A stretch of DNA of 32,000 nt, taken from positions 248,708-280,707 of the forward strand of contig DASQHX010000010.1 of NCBI GenBank assembly GCA_035631875.1, given 5' to 3'. The notes under the pieces are model-generated. The model saw nothing but the letters and a program-made list of their open reading frames with translations. It was not told the DNA's origin and ran no database searches. The stretch is from Nitrosopumilaceae archaeon. GTDB lineage: Archaea > Thermoproteota > Nitrososphaeria > Nitrososphaerales > Nitrosopumilaceae. Shown here piece by piece: positions 1 to 7,184 of the stretch. Within the stretch, counting starts at the first letter, position 1; the number at the start of each line of letters is the position of its first letter. The position numbers were made by a program, and so were the translations under genes.

Positions 1-75
1 AACATATACGGATCTTGCACGACTTGTTAGTCTATATGGACTAGGAAATGAAATTGGATCAAGAGAGGTGCTAGG

Positions 76-1596
76 ATGACAATAGGAGTTGTAATAGGAG
101 AATCAAAGCCAACTGAGGTTACCGCACAGTCATCTAAACCACTTGCAGTAGGAGAATATGTTATCATTGATTCACAAAATGGAAAGCTACTCGGATTAGT
201 AGAAAGATCAATTGTTTCAAGTGATGCACTCACAGATGTACGAAACTTTGACGAAGCTATAGAAAGCAAAGAGGTAGCATCTCTTAATTCTCGCGATAAA
301 AACTATAAAGTAAAAATAGGAATTCTTGGATTTTTAGACAAGTTACAAAAAGGACAAGCTGTTTTACCTGCAATTCCTCCATTACCAGGATCTTCAATAC
401 TTGATGCAACCGAAAATGATTTGGGAATAATATTTGCCCCAAAGGAAAATGAATGGATTAGAATAGGTGCACTTCTTAGAAATTCGGAAACTGAAGCCAA
501 AGTAAACCTGAACAAAATTGTCTCAAGACACATAGGCATACTTGCTATGACGGGTATGGGAAAAAGTAACCTAGTATCGCTCATCGCAAAACAGATAGCA
601 ACTCTTCAAGGGACACTAATAATTTTTGATTATCACAATGATTATGAAAATCTCAATCTGCCAAAAATCAACATAATGACAGCTAAAATAAATCCAAGAT
701 TATTACAAGCAGACAAGCTTGCTGAAGTAATAGAGATTAGAGAAAATGCAGACAAGCAACAACGAGCATTACGCGAGGCATTTACTGATTCGGTCAAACA
801 GGCAAAAGATTTCTGGACAGCACTAGAAGACAGCGTTTCATCATTTGGACATACAACAAAAGGATATGCAGATAGTGCAAGTAGAGTTCTTGACAAGATT
901 GATGATGCAAAACATAGATTTTCTGATATTTTAGATCCAGATTGTGGAGATCCTGTTGATTTGATAAAAGATGGAAGAGTTAACATTCTAAGTGTTGCGG
1001 AGCTAAGTGAAAGACAGGCAAATGCAGGTCTAGCATACTATTTGCAAGAGTTGCTAACAGATAGAAAAGACGCATGCTGGGCAAAAAGAGGAAAGGAATC
1101 TTCAAGAAAGAATAATAAATTTTCTGCCCCTATTTTTGTAATAATTGAAGAAGCACATGTTTTTATTCCAAAAGGAGAGCACACTGACACAAAATATTGG
1201 GCATCCAAAGTTGCAAGAGAAGGAAGAAAGTTTGGAATTGGACTGGGTATTGTATCTCAAAGACCTAGAAATATTGATCCAAATGTACTAAGCCAGATGG
1301 GTTCTCTTGCCATAATGAAAATTGTACAAGATGATGATCAACAACAAATTGCCTCAGCTGCAGAATCACTCAGCAAGGATCTGCTTTCTCAGTTACCGTC
1401 TTTGAACATAGGTGATGCTGTTCTCATAGGACAATGGGTCAATCTACCAGCAATTGTACACATAGATGAAGTAAAAGGAAAGACGGCGGGTTCCGATTTA
1501 AATGCAGTATCAGAATGGTCAGAATCTATAAAGTTCAAAGAAATTGGCATTGAGTCAACAAGGGGACTAATCCAAAAAGATCTATTGATGGACTAA
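76..1596 (+). CDS. herA: HerA-type FtsK/HerA-superfamily ATPase (DNA translocase/helicase of the archaeal double-strand-break end-resection operon)
   Basis: 506-aa ORF with ATG at 76, preceded by GAGAGGTG. Walker A 'MTGMGKSN' and Walker B-like 'IFVIIEEAHVFIP' are present. The stop overlaps the mre11 ATG (TAATG, 1594-1598). It sits directly upstream of mre11 and rad50. Confidence 0.85.
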   Translation: MTIGVVIGESKPTEVTAQSSKPLAVGEYVIIDSQNGKLLGLVERSIVSSDALTDVRNFDEAIESKEVASLNSRDKNYKVKIGILGFLDKLQKGQAVLPAIPPLPGSSILDATENDLGIIFAPKENEWIRIGALLRNSETEAKVNLNKIVSRHIGILAMTGMGKSNLVSLIAKQIATLQGTLIIFDYHNDYENLNLPKINIMTAKINPRLLQADKLAEVIEIRENADKQQRALREAFTDSVKQAKDFWTALEDSVSSFGHTTKGYADSASRVLDKIDDAKHRFSDILDPDCGDPVDLIKDGRVNILSVAELSERQANAGLAYYLQELLTDRKDACWAKRGKESSRKNNKFSAPIFVIIEEAHVFIPKGEHTDTKYWASKVAREGRKFGIGLGIVSQRPRNIDPNVLSQMGSLAIMKIVQDDDQQQIASAAESLSKDLLSQLPSLNIGDAVLIGQWVNLPAIVHIDEVKGKTAGSDLNAVSEWSESIKFKEIGIESTRGLIQKDLLMD

Positions 1597-2741
1597 TGAT
1601 TTTCTCTCATATCTCAGACACACATTTAGGATTTGTACAATATCATTCAGAGGAAAGAGAAGACGATGTATATTCTGCATTTAATCAAGCAATTGATATT
1701 TCAATAAATGATCATGTAGATTTTGTAATTTTTGCAGGAGATATATTTCATGTACCCACTCCCAGTGGAAAGGCGATATTGGTTTTAGCAAATGCATTAA
1801 AGCGTTTAAAACAAAATAATATTGATTCTTTTTTCATTCTTGGTGATCATGACATCAGTAGGATACGTGCAACACCAATCCCATTTGTTTATCATAATTT
1901 GGAATTTTCTAAATATATTGGAAATGGAAAACCGTTCCAATACAAAGACATCATGATTTTAGGATATGATAAACGAAGAAAAAATGAGATTCATACCTTT
2001 GAACAAGATTTTGTAATGGCTGATGCCGAAGCAAAGAATCACACAGGTCATAAAATTCTTGTATTACATCAAGGAATTACAGAGATCAACAAGTTTGCAG
2101 GAGAATTAAATTCTACAGATCTTCCAAAGAACTTTACCTATTATGGCATGGGACATCTTCACGAGAGGGAATTAAAAAAATTCAATCATTTAGGAGGTCC
2201 TATAGCATATCCAGGCTCCATAGAACTTACTTCAAGTGAAGGAATCAAGGAAACAGAGAAGGGGTTTTACGAAGTAGATATCTCGTCATCTGAAGCAAAA
2301 CCAAATTGGATAAGACTTGATACCAGACCTCAATATTCAGTTAGAACTAGTTTTGAAAACCTGACAAATGAAGTAAACAACTTGTCAGAAAAAATACAAT
2401 CATTTTCAAGAAAACCAATAGTTGAAATAAAAATTCATGGAAACAACATAGAGACTGACCTTGTCCAATCTCAAATTGCGAAACTAGTTCCTCTTACACT
2501 ACGATGTTTTTGGAAAACAATAATGTCAGAAGAAAATAATGGTTCAGTGTTTATTGACAAGCCTGCAAAAATTGATGATGAAATGTTAAAACTTGCAAAA
2601 GATATACTGAACTCTGAAAGTCTAGCAAATTTTGCAATTAATGATCTACTTCCACTTCTTTCAAAAAACCAGATTGACGATGCAAATCATTTGGTAATTG
2701 AAAACTTTAACCAATTCAAAAAGGGTGTGAAAAAATGTTAA
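1596..2741 (+). CDS. mre11: Mre11 DNA double-strand-break repair nuclease (calcineurin-like metallophosphoesterase)
   Basis: 381-aa ORF with phosphoesterase motifs 'SDTHLG', 'GDIFH', 'GDHD' and 'GHLH'. It overlaps herA by 1 nt and rad50 by 7 nt. Confidence 0.85.
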   Translation: MIFSHISDTHLGFVQYHSEEREDDVYSAFNQAIDISINDHVDFVIFAGDIFHVPTPSGKAILVLANALKRLKQNNIDSFFILGDHDISRIRATPIPFVYHNLEFSKYIGNGKPFQYKDIMILGYDKRRKNEIHTFEQDFVMADAEAKNHTGHKILVLHQGITEINKFAGELNSTDLPKNFTYYGMGHLHERELKKFNHLGGPIAYPGSIELTSSEGIKETEKGFYEVDISSSEAKPNWIRLDTRPQYSVRTSFENLTNEVNNLSEKIQSFSRKPIVEIKIHGNNIETDLVQSQIAKLVPLTLRCFWKTIMSEENNGSVFIDKPAKIDDEMLKLAKDILNSESLANFAINDLLPLLSKNQIDDANHLVIENFNQFKKGVKKC

Positions 2742-4813
2742 ACGAAATAGAGCTTGGTAATTTTCTTTCCCATTCTAATACAAAACTAGGATTTAACAAG
2801 GGTGTAACAGTCTTTGTCGGTCAGAATGGGGCAGGCAAATCAAGCATCATAGATGGAATAACATTTGCACTGTTTGGTCAGCATACTAGAAATTCTAACA
2901 AGGGGCTGGTTCGCCGAGGTGCAAATCAGGCGTATGCTAAGGTAAATTTCTCCATTTTAGATAGACAGTTTGAGGCAATACGCAAAATTGATTCAAAAGG
3001 AACAGTTTCCTCCCAGTTTTTTGAGAAAAAAAATGGCACTCTCATACCGCTTGCAGCAGGGGAAAGAAAACAGTTTGGCGAATCTATGACAAAGACAATC
3101 GAGTCTTTGATAGGAATGGATTTTGATAAGCTTAAGGTGGCATCAATTGTTCAACAAGGTGAACTTAATTCCATAATTAATGCAGACCCAAAAAAATTCA
3201 AGGAATTAGTGAATGCCATCATCGGAATTGATAAACTTGATACAGCATTTGAAATAATGAAATATGTTATAGAAAACTTTCGTGTTTCTATAAAAGAGAA
3301 ATTAGAATATGATGACAGGGATATTGAAAGTCTAAAAATTAAGATTGATCTTCTTACAAAAGAGATCAATCTAGCAAGGCCACAAAAAGAAGAGATGATC
3401 ACAAGGAAGAAAATGCAAGAAAATGAACTTGTTCAATTACAAAATAAGATAGATTCAGAATCTGCAAAAGAAATTAAGATAAAAGAATTAGAAACAAGAA
3501 AGTCTGAACTCATTCAATATGTAAAAACTGCAATCGCTTCTCTAAAAAAAGAAATACAGGAAAAAGAGAAAAAATTTTCCGACTGTGATGGATGTTTTAA
3601 CCACATATCATCTAAAAAAGAAACTGAGTCGCAACTAATAAAAATAGAAACAGAGTTAGAATCATCAAGAAAAGAGATTCAAGAATTTGTAGAAAAGATA
3701 GGCAAACTTGATGGCCAAGAAGAACTTGCAGGTAAGCTAAAACTACAAGATGGGAAATGTCCAGTCTGCGACTCCAAAGTAGAAACGCTCAACCCTCTTT
3801 TTGAAGAAGAACATCTTCGCAGTGAGATTACAAAAATACGAAATGAAATAGACTTGTTAACAAAACTAGAAAAAGAAAATCGTGAGAAAAAACACGTTCT
3901 TGAGCAAAATCTGCAAAAGGCTCTCAATGCGGAAAGAACACTCTCAATACATGGAATAAGACAGCCTCAAGAATTATCACATCTAAAAGAAGAAATATTT
4001 ATGTTAAAAAATAACATTCAAAAAATCCCATCAGAGTTGAATACATCCAAAAATCTGATACATTTAGCAATAGATCCTCATTCCGAAGCACTATGTAAAA
4101 CAATACTAACACTTCAAAAAGAAACAGATGGGTTTGATCTAATTGAATTTAAAAATCTAAAAATCTCTTTTGATCAAAAACGTAAATCACTTAGTACAAC
4201 TGAACAAGAAATCGGTGCATTAACACAAAAGATAGAGACTGCAGAAGTATACCAAGAAAAAATTTTCCAAGCATTAGAAGAACTTGTTTTAGTAAAAAAA
4301 TATGTTTTGCAATTAGAAGAAATTCGGGGTCATATTTTTAACAGGGACGGACCTGTTGCAACTAGTTTACGTTCATGGGCATTAAACCTGATATCGCAAA
4401 AAGCATCAGAATATTTGTCCGCATTTAACGTGAAGATTCAAAGAGTTTTGTTGCGGGAAAAGGCACGAGATGTGGGAATTTTATGTTATTCTGGAAATAC
4501 AGTTTTGGAACTTGATTCTCTAAGTGGCGGTGAAAAAGTTAGCATAGCATTAGCTCTGCGACTTGGAATGGCACACATTCTAGGTTCCTCTAATCTTAAT
4601 TTCATTATACTTGATGAACCAACTACACATTTAGATGAAGAGCGTAGAAAATCATTAGTAGGAATTCTTTCTAATGCGTTTGAAGCTAATCTAGCTGCAA
4701 TATCTCAGTTTATTATAATCACGCATGATTCTGAAATATTTGAAAACTCTAATGTTGATACAATATACAATTTTGAAGCTACTCCTGAAGGAACAAAAGT
4801 AATACCGTTCTAA
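2735..4813 (+). CDS. rad50: Rad50 SMC-like ATPase
   Basis: 692-aa ORF with Walker A 'GQNGAGKSS' and a long Lys/Glu-rich coiled-coil middle. It has a central zinc hook 'CPVC', ABC signature 'LSGGE', Walker B 'FIILDEPT' and 'ITHD'. Confidence 0.9.
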   Translation: MLNEIELGNFLSHSNTKLGFNKGVTVFVGQNGAGKSSIIDGITFALFGQHTRNSNKGLVRRGANQAYAKVNFSILDRQFEAIRKIDSKGTVSSQFFEKKNGTLIPLAAGERKQFGESMTKTIESLIGMDFDKLKVASIVQQGELNSIINADPKKFKELVNAIIGIDKLDTAFEIMKYVIENFRVSIKEKLEYDDRDIESLKIKIDLLTKEINLARPQKEEMITRKKMQENELVQLQNKIDSESAKEIKIKELETRKSELIQYVKTAIASLKKEIQEKEKKFSDCDGCFNHISSKKETESQLIKIETELESSRKEIQEFVEKIGKLDGQEELAGKLKLQDGKCPVCDSKVETLNPLFEEEHLRSEITKIRNEIDLLTKLEKENREKKHVLEQNLQKALNAERTLSIHGIRQPQELSHLKEEIFMLKNNIQKIPSELNTSKNLIHLAIDPHSEALCKTILTLQKETDGFDLIEFKNLKISFDQKRKSLSTTEQEIGALTQKIETAEVYQEKIFQALEELVLVKKYVLQLEEIRGHIFNRDGPVATSLRSWALNLISQKASEYLSAFNVKIQRVLLREKARDVGILCYSGNTVLELDSLSGGEKVSIALALRLGMAHILGSSNLNFIILDEPTTHLDEERRKSLVGILSNAFEANLAAISQFIIITHDSEIFENSNVDTIYNFEATPEGTKVIPF

Positions 4814-5304
4814 CCGCCAGTTAGCTTGGCAAATCTTTCGTTTTTACTTAATTTTTCCATAAATTGCAAATTAGAAAGAGCCACAACTGCAGATTCTCGT
4901 ACTGGCTCGCTTGAATCTTCAAGAGCCTTTTGTAGTGTTTCTTTTGCTTCCTGAGAACCTATCACACCAAGTGCAATTGCAGCTTCATGTCTTACAAAGA
5001 AACTAGGGTCATTTTTGACTGCATCTTCAAGCGGCTTTATTCCACTACGATAACACATTTGACCGAGCGAAAATGCTGCTTCATGTCTTACAAGCTCGTT
5101 TGAATCATTTTTTAATACAGTAGCAACATGTGAAACCATTTCCTCTCCTCCAAAATCTACTAGAATGCATACTGCTCTTGTTCTTATGACAAAGTCTTTG
5201 TGATCTAAAAGATGCATAAAATACTCTTTGTCTTTTTTTTCATACCTTTCTTCCATTTCAGATAATAATTCTAAGCGTATGTTAGGAATAACTTCCATGC
5301 ACAC
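4810..5304 (-). CDS. Small HEAT-repeat (PBS-lyase HEAT-like) protein with two His-Glu motifs, resembling half of a deoxyhypusine hydroxylase
   Basis: 164-aa ORF. The track start at 5304 is GTG; the first ATG is at 5298. Repeats are 'VRHEAAFSLGQ', 'VRHEAAIALGVIG' and 'VRESAVVALS'. The two HE dipeptides lie 32 residues apart. The 3' end overlaps the rad50 stop convergently. Confidence 0.7.
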   Translation of the reverse strand: MCMEVIPNIRLELLSEMEERYEKKDKEYFMHLLDHKDFVIRTRAVCILVDFGGEEMVSHVATVLKNDSNELVRHEAAFSLGQMCYRSGIKPLEDAVKNDPSFFVRHEAAIALGVIGSQEAKETLQKALEDSSEPVRESAVVALSNLQFMEKLSKNERFAKLTGG

Positions 5305-5473
5305 AATTTTATAAGCGAATATTTAGCATTTTGTGAATAGATATAAGCAATTTTAGGCACGAAAGTGATCGCTTGCAATGAATAGATTAGAAACCATAAT
5401 TGCTTATCTTTGATTAAAATTAATTTTTAAAATCAGAAAGGATTTTTTGTGTTTTAAAAAAAAGAAGGCGTGC

Positions 5474-6241
5474 TTAAGTTAAAGCTACGCAGATGTTTTG
5501 TACTGTATGTGTCGCTATTGTTCCTGAATTAACTATCTTTCCACCACATAGGTTGAAAATGCTACCATCATTGGCAATTGTATTGCTGTTGGTAAGCAGA
5601 CCTTGGTTTGTGATGACGCCGCTGTTCATAACTGGGCCACTATTAGTAAAGGTGCCACTTGTCATGACCGTGCCGTGGTTAACCAGATTCAACGTATTGG
5701 TAAGTGTGCCACCATTGTTGATTAGCATACCAGTTTCTTTTACTAGTATGGTACCAGATGATGTGATTACACCGCTGCTAGTTATTTTACCGTCACTTTG
5801 TATAACACCTGTTGGACCGTTAGTTATTGTGCCAGATGAGGTGATAACGCCAAAGTTATTGAATGGACCACTGTTCGTTATTGTGCCGCCATTGCTAGCA
5901 ATGATACCGTTATTGGTAACAATACCAGAGGTTGTCATGACGCCGCCGGTTGCGATGTTAATTGTTCCATCATTTGTGATGGTGCCGCTGCTAGTTACTG
6001 TTCCTATGTTGAAAACAACATTTGATGCTATAACTAGTGTGTCAGCAGGACCAATTACAAGAGTAGTGATTTTACATGTGGAAGTTGCGTTGTTCCACAC
6101 TCCACCTACTGATGGAGATTGGCATGATAGTAGATCAGATACTGTAAAGGTTTCTGCCATTGCATTTTGTGCAGAAATTCCTAGAACAGAAATCATCACT
6201 GCAAATACAGGAAGTACGAGTGTTTTTTTCATGTTTGTCAT
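5474..6241 (-). CDS. Secreted Thr/Gly/Asn-rich repeat protein (short paralog of the 7185-9077 protein)
   Basis: 255-aa ORF with signal peptide 'MTNMKKTLVLPVFAVMISVLGISAQNAMA'. A Cys-flanked entry segment 'CQSPSVGGVWNNATSTCKITTL...TLVIASNVV' is followed by dozens of degenerate G-x-(I/V)-T-N/S-x units. The C-terminus has a Cys pair 'CGGKIVNSGTIATHTVQNIC'. Signal peptide, entry segment and repeats are all homologous to the 630-aa neighbour. Confidence 0.8.
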   Translation of the reverse strand: MTNMKKTLVLPVFAVMISVLGISAQNAMAETFTVSDLLSCQSPSVGGVWNNATSTCKITTLVIGPADTLVIASNVVFNIGTVTSSGTITNDGTINIATGGVMTTSGIVTNNGIIASNGGTITNSGPFNNFGVITSSGTITNGPTGVIQSDGKITSSGVITSSGTILVKETGMLINNGGTLTNTLNLVNHGTVMTSGTFTNSGPVMNSGVITNQGLLTNSNTIANDGSIFNLCGGKIVNSGTIATHTVQNICVALT

Positions 6242-6264
6242 TATCAGTCTAATTGTTGATAATG

Positions 6265-6332
6265 CTAATAGGTCGCGCTAACATTTGTGTTAGTATCATG
6301 TACGTATGTGTAGTATCATGGACAAGTTTGTC
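6265..6332 (-). promoter_or_regulatory. Shared double-dyad + TATA module, copy 1 (upstream of secreted protein gene, start 6241)
   Basis: In gene orientation: GACAAACTTGTC (6321-6332), a 20-nt internal duplication (tagtatcatg at 6291-6300 and 6311-6320), CTAACACAAATGTTAG (6278-6293), GCGC, then CCTATTAG (6265-6272). 23 nt separate the box from the ATG. Confidence 0.6.
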
Positions 6333-6348
6333 AGTGTAATGTACTAGA

Positions 6349-6645
6349 TCAGATAATTTTTGAAATCATTGAGGCAAATTCTCGGCCACTTTTAGTCAAG
6401 ACAACATTAATTTTGTTATCTTTAATTTTTGATTCAACAAGACCAATTTTCTCCATCCAAACAATATGTTTTGCAAGTCTTGCATAGTTTACATTGGTAT
6501 CAAGTGATAGCTGGGTCTTGCCTTTAGAGCCGTTTTCTGTCATGACTTTCATGATACGCGACAAAGTTTTCATGCTTGGTTTAAAGTCAGTATCCAATTT
6601 TTTATTCTTTAAAATTTTGGTTATTTTTTTTATTTTTCTAGTCAA
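6349..6645 (-). CDS. Small winged-helix DNA-binding protein, family A paralog 1
   Basis: 98-aa ORF with TTG at 6645, lying 25 nt downstream of a TATA-like box. An alternative ATG is at 6573. The core 'PSMKTLSRIMKVMTENGSKGKTQLSLDTNVNYARLAKHIVWMEKIGLVESK...LTKSGREFA' has the helix-turn-helix + wing pattern. It is a close paralog of 9211-9525 and 10528-10833. Confidence 0.7.
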   Translation of the reverse strand: MTRKIKKITKILKNKKLDTDFKPSMKTLSRIMKVMTENGSKGKTQLSLDTNVNYARLAKHIVWMEKIGLVESKIKDNKINVVLTKSGREFASMISKII

Positions 6646-6670
6646 CAGTTTTATCTAATGATTAAAATGG

Positions 6671-6718
6671 CATTTAGGTCGCGCTAACATTTGTGTTAGT
6701 ATCATAGACAAGTTTGTC
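6671..6718 (-). promoter_or_regulatory. Shared double-dyad + TATA module, copy 2 (upstream of wHTH A1, start 6645)
   Basis: In gene orientation: GACAAACTTGTC (6707-6718), CTAACACAAATGTTAG (6684-6699), GCGC, then CCTAAATG (6671-6678). Dyad centres are 21 nt apart, and 25 nt separate the box from the TTG start. Confidence 0.6.
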
Positions 6719-6734
6719 GATGTTATGTACTAAA

Positions 6735-6881
6735 TCAGGTAATTTTTGAAATCATTGGCGCAAATTTTCTGCCATTTTCAGTCAAAGCAATTTTAATTTT
6801 GTTTTCTTTCATTGTTGATTCAACTTAATTCCTACTGTTTTAGAACATCATGGTACAGAACCTTGTTTTTGTACGGGACAA
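6735..6881 (-). pseudogene. Decayed family-A wHTH gene (3' end and 5' end retained, middle deleted)
   Basis: 6735-6824 translates on the minus strand to 'VESTMKENKIKIALTENGRKFAPMISKIT*', matching the C-terminus of the 9211-9525 paralog ('...ENKIKIALTASGRKFASMIS'). 6870-6883 (tgtacgggacaatc) is identical to 9514-9527, which spans that paralog's TTG start. The central ~200 nt encoding the HTH is absent. Confidence 0.55.
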
Positions 6882-6908
6882 TCACACATTAATTTATTTA
6901 TTTCTAAA

Positions 6909-7136
6909 ATGACAAAAATAATATCAATAGGAACAAATGTTTCAAGATTCATACCAAGGACTTAATACATAACAGGACAACGCTATATCCTGCCTAGAAA
7001 AGAATACAAAACAATTAGCGTAAAACTGAAAACTTTTATGAGATTTATCAAAGCTGTAAAAGATGCGCGCAAAAAAAATTCTGCCATGACTAATACTGAA
7101 TTCCTTGATTATCTTCTTGATCTTGGGTCTGCATGA
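6909..7136 (+). pseudogene. Possible small ribbon-helix-helix-like ORF interrupted by one in-frame TAA
   Basis: ATG at 6909, in-frame TAA at 6963-6965, then 56 further open codons to TGA at 7134-7136. That is unusually long for this AT-rich DNA. The second part, 'YKTISVKLKTFMRFIKAVKDARKKNSAMTNTEFLDYLLDLGSA', reads like a strand-helix-helix. No homolog was recognised, so this is weak. Confidence 0.25.
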
Positions 7137-7184
7137 TTTGCGTTAAATGAATACTACATTACAGAAACTATTCAAGTATTGTTT

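Noticed and set aside
1-75. Possible 3' end of an upstream gene (nurA?)
   Set aside because: Only a handful of codons precede stop codons in each frame, so nothing is recognisable.
76-1596. HerA as the ATPase of an anti-phage defence system
   Set aside because: It is translationally coupled to canonical mre11 and rad50 with all catalytic motifs. That is the standard archaeal DNA-repair operon, and no Sir2, DUF4297 or nuclease effector partner is present.
5493-6281. 262-aa plus-strand ORF, and likewise the 269-aa ORF at 7258-8067
   Set aside because: Both lie exactly antisense to the Thr/Gly/Asn repeat domains. Their translations are monotonous Val/Pro/Leu strings with no start context, signal or motif. 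They are shadow ORFs created by the codon periodicity of the real minus-strand genes.
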